This document shows positions 39,511 through 51,659 of a DNA stretch of 64,000 nucleotides, in pieces (within the stretch, counting starts at the first letter, position 1; every line of letters starts with the position of its first letter). The notes beneath the pieces were generated by a model. That model did no database searches, was not told the origin of the DNA, and saw only the letters and a program-made list of their open reading frames with translations. The DNA is taken from positions 18,724,001 to 18,788,000 of the forward strand of contig CM120641.1 in the NCBI GenBank assembly GCA_051362555.1, read 5' to 3'. This stretch comes from Lingula anatina (Eukaryota > Animalia > Brachiopoda). The translations under genes and the position numbers were made by a program.

Positions 39511-41840
39511 CACAACCTTGCAGTTATGGATTGTAATTTAAAACATTTATTATTGAAAACGTGATACTTTGTTTATTAATACTGTAAATAAATTTATCAA
39601 AACAATAACAAAATGGTTTTAAAGTAAAATTGACAGTTGTTTTGTGTCTTTAGTTAACTAGTGAATTTTCTTAACTTGTTATTCAGAAATACATTCCAAT
39701 AAACTGAATTGCTTGAATATAATCACTAGGCGCATTTCGCTGAGTGTTAACAAGATCTAGCGAAACATTTTATCGCCACGCGTTCAAGTCTGATAAATCA
39801 GGAGATTTTTAATCTGAATCGGAGAATGTCCCTAGATGGGGAGATCTTCGAGGAATTTAGTCTGTAAAATGTGAAGGCTAGCATAGATTATCATACAATG
39901 AATGGTATCATACGTGCCTTAGATCTTCAGTGTGTGCAATAACGAGTGACGCAAAAACGGCAAAATGTAAGCAAGGAGGGGTGTATTTGTTTATGGGGGG
40001 GGGGGGGGGGGGCAGTTAGTGCTATTTGTTTGTGTAGTTGGCTAAAATAAGATAGTCCAGAATAGTGTACGTACACGTTTACGTAGTTGAACATGGAAAA
40101 TATTTCTACTGATAATAAAAAAACAGGCTAAAAACGAAATAGAATGTTTAGAAATTTAAACTGTTACTCTGGTGGCATTGCGTCATGGCTATGAATCTGA
40201 CATGGAGTTTAGTCCGAAATATTAGTGAATTTAGAATTAATAGCTTAAACGTTAATTGACATCTGCCCTAATTTGTCAGATAACAAAAAATGTCGGTGAT
40301 CCAAGCGGAGGATATGCTTCCTGAAGGTAGGGGCGACGAACGGCGACGATGTTTTTCTTAACAACTTACCTGCCTGACAGTGCACCTGTATAAGTTACGA
40401 AAATGTCCTTTTCAACAGGCGTATTTTATTAATTAGATTATGTCACAAATTTAATTTATGATAAGACATTAGATGAAGGCATTGTACGCAACCAGACCTG
40501 CAGAATGCTGGGAAAACTACATTGCTGCGATGAACTAAGCTACCAGAGGGCTGCGATTTTATGAAGAGCGAAAGCGCAGGCTTCGTGAAGGTCAACACTA
40601 CAGATCACCGTTTATTCAACGACTTATTTTTCATACAAACTCACAAGAAATTATATTCAATTTTCCGTACTGATCACACATTATTTGTTTTTGTTCTATT
40701 GTCTTTTGGGTGATTAGCTCGTGGTAGAAACATTGAATTACATCGTGTAATGAACTCATCAAACCAAACTGTTTTATCTGTCGCGTGCCCTCTTTTGCCT
40801 ACTTTAAAACAGCTCCTACTCTTGTTGCGTCTTAAGAAAATGAAACTTGTGGTCAATACATCCCATCATATACTTTTTTATTCTCTTACCACGAAAAGCA
40901 AATAGTGAAAGATATACATTTAAGATATTAACTTAACGATACATTTTGTAATAGCTCACAATCAGTGTAGATGGACCTTGAATATAAAGTTATTTATTGC
41001 AAAATAAATTTATATGTGATTTTACCTCTGTCGTTTGTGTTATTTCAAACAAAATGATTTCCTGAAAGGCCAACTTTAAAATGTATGTCTTTTCAGCAAA
41101 ATAATGTAATTTAATACAACTATGAGTAATGTATTTATTTAAAGTACGACCGTATATGCAATGGGCCATGTGGGATTATAATTGCATACCTTGATGCAAA
41201 ACAGTCTATCGTTTCTTCGAGTCCCTTTAATTAGTGTATTATAATACTCTTTACCCTTTTCATTTGACACTGTCTCTGTTTCTCTCCCTTTTTCCTTTCT
41301 CTTGTAAGGAGGGTAAAAAATTAAGCACTCAAAATATGCATCACCAATCTTCAGAAAAGAATGAGTGAATGAACCATTGGGCTGGCCCACAACGTCCGAC
41401 ACAGCAGAATAAATCAAATAACAGCTTTTACAGATTTAACTGCAGTTAGCTGTATAGTGTCGCTATATACATAATCCGCTGCACGCGCGAAGCTGTTGAA
41501 CAAAAGGATAGTTCTCTATGGAAGACCTTTTGTTTACATAAGTACTCTAAGGGGGCGTGCCTACCCAGGCGACAAGAGGATTAGGTTAGTCACTATATTC
41601 CGTCAAAATCGTTTAGCGACCCTATCATTATCACACTACCTCTATTGTATTTTCTGACGTTATAATTTTATCTAATCTTCTTATGTTAGATGGAATAAAT
41701 GCACACATACATAATCTTATGACGGTACATCATCTACACATAGCGGTGCGCGCGGTTCCTGTCATATCAGGCGCACTTTTTCTGCAAAAGATGAAAAAGG
41801 CTAATAGCAGAGAGTTTTAGGTGATGACGCCATTGCACTT

Positions 41841-41875
<35 letters not shown>

Positions 41876-42329
41876 TGATAATGTACATGTAAATTATACA
41901 CCTTTATTTGATTGCGTAGGCCTACATTTATAAAACTAGATGGTGTCGATGGGTAACCATCGCATATCCCCGCACTTCCCCATATTATCAACAGCAGCTC
42001 ACCCAAGGGACCACTTACCACACACGCATGAACACAGGCACGTACGCACACACATACACACACATCACTGCTTCATCCAAAGGTATTTAAAAATATAAAT
42101 GTAAAAAAAATCTTCCTACGACATGCCAGGATAAAAGCAGCAGGCTCTCTTCCCCGAACCTGCACAGGGATAGATTTTTAAAAATATCTGCTATACATCA
42201 GAATCTGTTAAAGTGGTAGCAAAATAGTACATGTACCCCTAACTAGTACAGTAAGTCAAAGCAAATCATAGCATATAATAGAAAAAATAGAATTACCAAT
42301 CTCACTCTAATAATCTGGGAATAGACTTA

Positions 42330-42805
42330 AATAAATTTAAGACCAGGGACAGTTCAATCCCCAGCCACTCTAAAATTCCAAAGTGCCCATGCACATCCCT
42401 GATGATGGGTATACTAATCACCAAAGTTTCAACTTCCTACCTGCAATGGTCTAGGAGAAAATAGCAGAAACTACAATGTGAAAAGAATTCAGAATCAACC
42501 AACCCCCTGGGACAGCCCAACCCCTTGTTGCACCAAAATTCCAAAGTGTATATGCACATCCCTGATGATGGATCTTCCAATTCCTATAGTTTCAGTTTCC
42601 TATCTCTAACAGTTTAGGAGGAGATAGCAGAAATTACAATATCATAAGAATTTTGAATCAACCACCCCCCAGGGACAGCCCAAGCCCCTGTTGCACTAAA
42701 ATACCAAAGTGCCCATGCACATCCCTGAAGATGGGTCTACCAATTCCCAAAGTTTCAACTTCCTACCTGCAATGGTCTAGGAGCAGATAGCAGAAATTAC
42801 AATGC
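42330..42805. repeat. ~157-bp tandem repeat, 3 units
   Basis: Repeated AAAATTCCAAAGTGCCCATGCACATCCCTGATGATGG...TTTCAACTTCCTACCTGCAATGGTCTAGGAG..ATAGCAGAAA.TACAAT. Confidence 0.85.
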
Positions 42806-44516
42806 CGGGTTTTCATCATCTTATCACAGGGGAACTTCAACATCTCATCATCAGTTGACTTCAACAGTTCAGCATCACTGGGCGACAACCTCTCTTCATC
42901 AGGGAACCGCAACTTTTCTGCATCTGGGGACTTTAATACATCAGAATCACCACTGGTCATATGGGGTTTCAAAATCTCAAATTCGGGAGATTTTGCTTTG
43001 TCAGCAACGTCACTGACCATCGGGGAGCTGCAACATCTCGGCACCAGGGAATTCTTCTTTTGGAGATTTGTTAGCAACACCACTGATCACAACCTCATTG
43101 CTCCGGATCCCCTCTCTAACTTCTTTCCCTATTGCAGTCTCTTCATCACAGCTGTCATCATCCACTGAGCTTCTCTGCCCCACTTCCATCTGAATGCTGC
43201 TTATCATTGCTTCGAAAGATAGTTTGTTTCCGTTGTCATACTCTGTTGTTTCTTCTTTCATTACTTCCCACAGATTTGCGAGGGAATTTGACAATAAAAG
43301 TACATCTTCTTTGCTAGTTTCCTGCATCTTCAGAGCACTTATGATTCCACCCAGACAATCTAACAGCCTGCTGTAGATGTCTGGGTCTTCATACTGGTCC
43401 TCGTCTTCATACAGCATCTTGACTATTAGTTAGGCGGCTAAGCCAAAAAATTGTGCAAAAGTTGATAAAAGCATGAAACTTTCCACGATGAATGACCATT
43501 GGGTGTTTGTCAATTTTGGATCGGGGGGCAACTCCAAAAATCACAAGTACCCGGATGAGCAGCTTTCTTAAATTATACTATTTTTCAAATATTTTTATTT
43601 ATACCCCCCTCCTTTGAAAATTATTCTTTCTTTTTTTTTTCATTTCATTCCTTTTATTTTTGAGTGTCAAACAAGCTGATAATGATAGGTAAGGATCATG
43701 GCTAATTAAAAATCTAAATGAACAGAAAAATCGAAGGCATAAAAAGTTTTAATTAGAATAATTATACACGTTATAGACTGACTATACTGCTATACTTCAT
43801 CCTCTGCTGTATGCGTTGGCGGCCATTTTGATTTTTCAATACCAGAAACATGCTAGTATGCAGTCATTTATCCTACTGTGTTCTTATGACGGGAAATGTG
43901 TTCAAAATAGCCACAAATAAATTATATCTGTCAACTCTTGGTTGTTTTTCTATTTTCATACAGCATCTTGACTATATAAACTGCCTTAATTTCTGTCTCA
44001 GCTGCTTAAGCTCGCCATTTGTAATAACCAGTCGGTGGTTATACACCTTTTTAGAGTTACTTTTTCACCAGTAGACTGAGACAGGCAGGAATAGTTTACT
44101 GCTACATGATTTATTCAATCGACTGTACAGTTCAGGTCTCTGCTCTCCTTCTCCATCTCTCTCTGTGGTATCTCTAACTATGTCTCTAAATCTCTCAGTC
44201 TATCTCTCTTCTGTGGCTTGGTCACTGTTTTTATACTCTATCTTAATTTATATTACATTTTAAATGAACTTTCATGACTGACATGTAGGGGCCTAACATG
44301 CCATGCCTATATAGGCCTACATTAAAACTTCATTGTATCTACATTTAAATTATATCTTGATTTACATTTTAACTGAACTTCTCTTTAACTGTCATGCAAC
44401 ATGTCATGCCTATATAGCCTACATTTGAATGATTAAAACTAACACATATAGGGCCTATGCATATCTCAGGTATGCAAATTTAGAAGACTATCAGTACTAA
44501 TTAACGGTTCACTACA
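42806..44516 (-). mobile_element. LTR retrotransposon remnant (5' LTR, PBS, decayed acidic ORF)
   Basis: Minus strand: TGTAGTG...(44516) to ...TTACA (44020) with internal TATAAAA and AATAAA, followed by AA-TGGCGAGC (8-nt match to a tRNA-Arg-type primer binding site), then frameshifted ORF pieces 43417-43010 and 43083-42806. Confidence 0.6.
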
Positions 44517-45817
44517 CCATGGCACAGTCTAAATGTGTAGCATATATTCTGATGATGGAGATGTGTTTGTAAACCCTTCTGTAAATAAAACTACCTTGTC
44601 AATAAACAAATATCGCCATTCATTATTATTAAGTAAGCAGTATGTTAGCTGACCGCTCTCTGTCCGATCAAAAGCTATTGTAAGCTATAAGTTGGTCAGA
44701 AATCCAAAATGCGACAAGCGTCACTGTTGACACACACTATTGTAAGTCGAAGTTGCCCAATAAAACAAGAAATGTGGTCTTAACTGCTGACACATTCTAT
44801 TGTAAGTTGTCCCTACTTGCCCAATAAAACAAATCACCCCAACGAAGTCGGTTGTCGCAAACGTCGTTATTGAATTTGCCAGAAAATGAGCTTTCTGTGC
44901 ATGCGTATTATCGCCGCTTGGAAATATGGCCGCTTTGCCATCAAATTCATCTCTATTGACAATTAAGTCATAAAGAGAACGGGAGCTGTCGTTTTGGATT
45001 GGTATGCCATTGATATTGGGCATGGAGATATCACCTTTTTACAATTATACGAGAGGCTGGCGGCGTCCAGCGATTATCGCCCGGAAAATTTCAGTGACAT
45101 TCTGTCCAAAGCAGCACATACCAGATTTTTTTTGTAGCAAAAAAGGGTCGATAAGGGCGTCGAGGTATTTGGTGGGCTGAAGGTCGGACAGGCCACCCAC
45201 TGAACAGTTTAGCTGCTTCGTGTGAGTCGAAGTAGGCAAAATGGCATCGACCGAAATGACCTTTAATAGATTTGGTATTAAGCATATCTTTGCATCATTT
45301 TTTTTTTACATTTCTGTGAAGTGTTCATAATGCTTAAATATTCTGAGAGTACAAATAAAGACACACTGTTTGTTTGATATAGGCCCTATTTGTTTTATTG
45401 ATTGCTATACCAACAAAATGCATGAAATAACCTTAAATAGATTTGGTAATATGCAGCATATCTATTCATGACTTTTTTTTTACCTTTCTACGAAGTATTC
45501 ACAATGCTTTAGGCCTAATGTTTTGAGTGCATGGATCAAGACTGTTAGTTTAATACATGTTTCTGTGGCAAATTTGTGTTTCCAGCTGTGTAATGACAGC
45601 ATTCCTTTACTTAAGCAGTATTTTTTTTACTGTTATTTTTTCGCCCTCTCACACCGATTTCGGGGTCCCCAGAGGATGTCATCCATAAAAATAAAAAAGT
45701 GTGGCCTAATCTCGATCATAGAAGTAGAGAAAATATAACAGAGTATAGCCATCAGTGAGGTCACGTGATCTAAAGACAAGCTCAGATATCAGAATAATAG
45801 CCATAACTGCCGTTTTT

Positions 45818-46483
45818 GCACCCTGAGCTTCAGAGATAACTTGACACTAACCTCTTCACTACAGCCTATCTTCATCGTGTCAAGTTACCTCTGACGAAAA
45901 TAGTTTGACCTAGTTTATATAAGCCAATCGAATCCAAGTTTCAAAATTTTTCACCAAAGTTTGGTGAAAACGCTGATTGGTTGACCGTCAATCGGCAATC
46001 CTCGCCTGATTCCGCAAGCTCCATACTAACAACAAAGTTATTGTCGAGTGCGGAGACATCCGAGTAGTTCCGAGTGCATAACCGTACACAAAAAAAGCAT
46101 GGCGTCTCCTACGAGTGACTACGTAAAATAATGTGTTAAGTTATCTCTTGATTGTTTGCAAAATATGAGTATATCGGAATTGAAACCAGAGCAGTTTGAG
46201 GCCCTGCATCATTATCTACTGAGGGATGATGTATTTTGCGTGCTGCCCACAGGTTACGGCAAGTCCCTGATATTCAGCCTTATCTTTGATTGGTCCGGAT
46301 TTGAACAAAGCGCGCTTTGACTCGTTCGCGTTCATTGGCTAGATCGTTCAATAAGTCATTGAGTGCGGGCTTTAAATTTGATTGGCGGGCGGCGGGGGCA
46401 ATCGAATGTGGTCAGAGGTAACTTGACACGATGAAGATAGGCTATTGTGAAGTGGTGTCAAGTTATCTCTGAAGCTCAGGGTG
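45818..46483. mobile_element. Non-autonomous TIR element carrying a RecQ-like helicase 5' fragment (Academ-like)
   Basis: ~75-bp TIRs GCACCCTGAGCTTCAGAGATAACTTGACAC...TCAAGTTACCTCTGAC and their reverse complement; internal 46099-46278 reads MASPTSDYVK*CVKLSLDCLQNMSISELKPEQFEALHHYLLRDDVFCVLPTGYGKSLIF (RecQ motif 0/I). Confidence 0.8.
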
Positions 46484-46716
46484 CCTATTTGTAGTACAAC
46501 ACAACATATTATATTTCTATTAGTTGTTCACAATGTTTTTATTGTGAATCATAGATCTCTTACGAAGAATTATTATCCCTTTAAATTGACTACTAAAGTG
46601 ACTAACATATGCGCTCGTGATTGCAATGTTGATGAATACATCGGCTTGTCTTGGGAAGCTTCTTACAATATTGCATTTGCACACTGATTTGCACAACTTT
46701 ATTAGGTCACACCATA

Positions 46717-47320
46717 ATGAATGCTACAACTACAAAGAAGTTTGAACCTGGCGCAGCTGTGTTTGGAAATTTCATTAATTATTATTCTTTTAATCCACCA
46801 GAAAATAGACTAAAATTTATTCCAACAGACTTTCTTTTCCATATGCCAAGTGTAAAAGAGCTTAATTCTGTCGCAGCCTTGGATGTAGGATGTAACGCTG
46901 GAGTAAGTTGGTGCTCTTGCTCGTACTACATATATTTTTGCCTGGTAGAAGTTGAAAATTGCCCCGGAAACATATAATAATAATAATAACAATAATAATA
47001 ATAATAATAATAATGGCGGACATGTAAGTACTTCGATGTTTTGTTCTAAATTCAGTGATTTTGATCAGTGTCTCTACTAATTCAGGTAAATTAGTTTTGT
47101 CCTTTATTTTATTATTTTTATGTACAGACTCCGATGATTCTGTTAATATAGCCATCACCAGTGCCTGTTGTCGCTGTTGCCGTCGTCGCCATCGTGCATT
47201 TTCACCAATAACATGATAAGTGGAAAACCATTTTACCTTTTTGCTTAAAACTTACAGAACTGATGAAGTTCGGAAATCGGCATGATCAGGCCATTTTTTC
47301 AAAAGTTATGCTTTTTATTT

Positions 47321-47355
<35 letters not shown>

Positions 47356-50300
47356 TTTTTGTTTTTTCACCAATATGCAACACTGATAACACATTTCAAG
47401 AAAAACCCATTAGCCTTTTGTCTTAAAACCTACAGGGGTGATCAATCTTACTAATATATGGATCAAGTTTGAAAATAAGCTTGATTGGTTAAGTTTTGAT
47501 GAAATTATGCCTTTTTTGTGTATAAGTGGTTTTTCCTCAGATTAAATTCTTAGGCATGTTAACAGTCTCATTATTGAACTAATTAGAAACATTAAAGTGT
47601 TCTTTTAACATTTTCTGCATCTTTCTGATGTTGTTACATGATTATATGAAAATGATGGTAAACCTGTTATCGTGTATTGTGAAATAAAGTGTCAAAAATG
47701 AAAATAAACTCAGGTCATTGCAGTTTGTCAGATTCATTCATTCACTCCGTCAGAATCTCAGAATGGAGCAAATTGGACATTTAAAATTGTTCTATTGATA
47801 TTTTTCCTATGTCATCAATTTCTTAGTTGATCACATAAAAATGACAGTAAATTGATTATTTTGTTTTATGTAAAAAAGGTGTTGAAAATAGAAATAAACT
47901 CATTTCAATACAGTTATCTCTTCTTTACATTTTGGCATTTTCAAGGTTTGACTCTGAACTTCCATGGCCTTGAAGACTTGCTAGTCACATTTTCTGAATT
48001 TCCGTGATACTTTTGATTTATTATTACAAATTGATGGTCGTTATGCTGTTAAGCATTATGTAATATTGCATCAAAATTGAAGAAAACCCTGTTTTTGGCA
48101 CTGCCTCCATAGTGACCATTGAAGCAAAACCATGTCACTGGCACAGAAACGGCCATACCGTAGTTAATATTGAATTTGATTAGGAAATCATATAATGGCA
48201 ATCTAACTGTGACCTTGAAATTGACCTGTGGCCTACTTTTCACCATGAACTGAACTTTGCAATTTTTCTGTCCCTTATATCTCCAAAACTGGCAGAGATG
48301 GGGCCATAGTTACTATTGAACTTGAGTTGGAAGATATATACTGGCAATCTAACTGTGATTTTAAAATTGACCTTTGGCCTACTTTTCACCATGAAATTTT
48401 CTATCTCTTATATCTCCAAAACTGGCAGAGATAGGGCCATAGTTATTATTGAACTTGAATAGGAAGTCATGTACTGGCAATATAGCTGACCTTGTTATTG
48501 CCCTTTGGCCTACTTTTCACCATGAGCTGAACTTTGCAACTTTTCCGTCCCTTATACTCACAAACTGGCAGAGATACCCCCATAGTTACTTTTGAACTTG
48601 AATAGAAAGATATATAATGGCATTTTAAATGTGACCTTCAAATTGACTTTTGACCTACGTTTCACCATGAACTGAACTTTGCAACTTTTCTATCTTTTAT
48701 ATCTCCAAAACTGACTGATGTGCTCATAGTAACTATTGAACTTGAATAGAAAGTCATATACTGGCAATGTAACTGTGACCTTGATATTACCCTTTGACCT
48801 ATTTTCACCATGAACTTAATTGGACAACTTTTTCGTCCCTTATTTCTTCAAAACTGGTAGAGATATGCCCTTAGTTACTATTAAACTTGAATAAGAAGTG
48901 ACACTGGCAATCTAAGTGTGACCTTGAAATTGACTTTTGGCCTTTCTTTGCCATGCACTGATCTTTGCACATTTTCTGTCCCTTATATCTCCAAAACACA
49001 GATATGCCCATTGATACTACTAGGGTAGAGTAAATCTCAAAAATTTTCCATAACAGGTGTTTTTCTGAGGTGAAATTTGATGCTGAACACAACAAATATT
49101 AAGGTCGGTAAAATGACAATTTTCAAAATGGCAGCCAAAACGGCCTACCTAGAGTTTCATCAACAACAATTAAAGGCACTATAGTGTGTCATAAGTCTTT
49201 TCCTATTCATCACTTTACAGTTGTACGTCGACAGGAAACTCGAACTGCATTGTGGGAGGGGGAAAGAGCGTGAACTCATGGCGCGAAGGCTCTTGAACAC
49301 AAAATAATGACTACCTGCTGTGTTTCAAGTTGCAGAAATGATAGAAGGTATCGAGAAAGGTAATTTCCCGCAAATTTTACAATCATGGACCAGAGTGTGT
49401 GATCGTCGAGGTTATTCCCCATTATTCGGATACTCGCTGTTTTTGTTTTGCTCTATTTTTTCCCACAATGCAATTCTCACGCATGCGCGCAGCGATTTTG
49501 TAAGTATCTGTAAAGTGGTGAATGTTTTAGGGTTGGTAGAGTCCATTTCTGATGTTAATGCTGAGATTGGAACATTTTACAGTGAGTTCATTTACCATGT
49601 GAACTGACAGTTAACTGTCAAGCTAGACTGAAGAGCCAGAATCTTTGATAATGGGGACAATGAATCATCTCAGTCATCTAGATCAATCAAAATGAGGAGT
49701 GATAAGATTTCCCAATTCCCCAACATCTGTTGGATGGGAATTATAATGAAGAAACGATTATCCTTACCAAAAAGTGAATATTTTAGAATTATTACAATAG
49801 GATGGATAATACTCCTTTGTTTCACATGTATGAAGGCGGAATAAATCAATGTCATAAGCTGAGGCCAGCACAGAAGTTGCCAAGGAAGTCTCCAGAAGTG
49901 TTTTTCCTATCTTTGAGAAGAACATTCCCAACAGATGTATGCTAGATTATAATATATTTGGGGAACTACATGTAACGAAGCATTAACTGTCTGTTAAGTG
50001 CAAGGATTAAAAGTGATGATATATGAAAGTGAAAGAGTTCAATCAAAACTTGACAAAGAGTGTTTATGATATAAAATTCATCATATATAAGTACAATGCT
50101 TTTTATATATAGCCCCAATATGCAGTTATTCTGTTGGAAATGTTCTCAAAGAAAGGAAAGATACTCGTGAACATCCAGACATTAGATTTTTCCTTGGTAA
50201 CTTCTTTGCTGGTCTCAGTTCGTGATAGCGATTGCGTCTCCGGGTTCTTTTGTGCAGAGCAAACATATTCCATCTATATCTTTTTAATAATTTAAAGACA

Positions 50301-51625
50301 TACACCCTTTTGTTGCTTGAGGTTACTTGTAGGATAATTCTGATTCTACCTTATTATTCACATGCAGAACTTGAGATATCTTATCACTCCTTGCTTTAAC
50401 TAACTGAGACCTGGCTCTTCCATCAAGCTTGACAATAAACTATCAACCAACAAGTTAACCAAACTCCATTTAAAATGTCAGAATGGCAGTGTTAACATAA
50501 GGAAAATATTTAATTACCTTAAAAACAGAAGAAAAGGCACATTACAAACTAAGGGACGTTTAAATGGTGATGTTGCAACTCTTGTTAGGGTGTTTTTCTG
50601 CCATTTTGAAAATTGTTATTTTACCTACCTTAATGGCTGTTGTAAAAAAAATCATTTTCTGACATAGAAAACACTTACTTATCAAAAATTTGTGCTTTAC
50701 CCAACCCTATTCAATATAGGTATACACATGCATATAGTTACTACAGTTGCTCTATATGTAGTACACATGCTTTGTAGGCATTTTAAAAAATAGTGAAATT
50801 AGCTCAAATTTCTCATCAGAAATGAACTTTTTTACCCATTTTGCCTCGAAAATCACTTGTTCCTTGAGAGATTTCCAAAAAAAGTTATTATTTACCCTAC
50901 CCTAATACTACTGAACTTGAATTAGCCTTTTTCATCTTTTCCGGAAATGGAAATTGCATTGTGGGTAGGGGAGCCCTGCTACGTCGAAACACTTACAGCG
51001 GTGCTAAAAACCATGGCTGGGTTTACGTGCTTTTTGTCCCGCTACAACAATAACAGTAAGCGAGATCGACACATGAGGTTTAATAAGTTCCCAACAAACC
51101 CGTTAGAATGAAAAGTACGGTAGAAAGAAAGGAAAATATAGCAGGTTTGGATCAAAAGCAGGGCACCGCGTTTGCGCTGAACATTTCGAAGGCGGGAAGA
51201 AAAACTATAATATTAGGAGATCAACGGTGCTTTAATAAAAAACAGAAATGCTTAGTTAAACAACGGATATAACGAACTATCGGCAAATAGAACTCGGGGG
51301 TAAAAAATGCGAGAAAAAAAACATTATAAAGATTTGAAGAAAATATTGAAGAATAGGCCGGGGCCTAAAAATTAAGAAAAAGACTTCAAGCATGAGATTA
51401 TGGAAAAAGAAAGTAGGCCTAAAAGCTGTGAAGTTTTACACGGGGATTCTACTTACAAAAAAATCAAGAACTTTCACGACTTTTTGTGTAACAACAAAGA
51501 GAAGGTTTGAAAAGTTTTGAATGTAATATCCTTTGTGTGTGTGTTTTATTGATAAGTGATCATTTTAAATGTTGTAGGCCCATCACAGGTTTTAGTGTCT
51601 AATAACCCTTAGCAGGGTGGGTTCT

Positions 51626-51659
<34 letters not shown>

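Noticed and set aside
41722-41810. Segment shared with about 53010-53130 (GTACATCATCTACAC...GCGCGGTTCCTGTCAT...GCAAAAGATGAAAAAGG) as a conserved ncRNA
   Set aside because: Both copies lie at the edges of transposon debris; most simply a dispersed repeat end.
42763-43417. Acidic ORFs as a host gene
   Set aside because: Frameshifted, no splice signals, and directly downstream of an LTR and PBS; treated as retroelement remnant.
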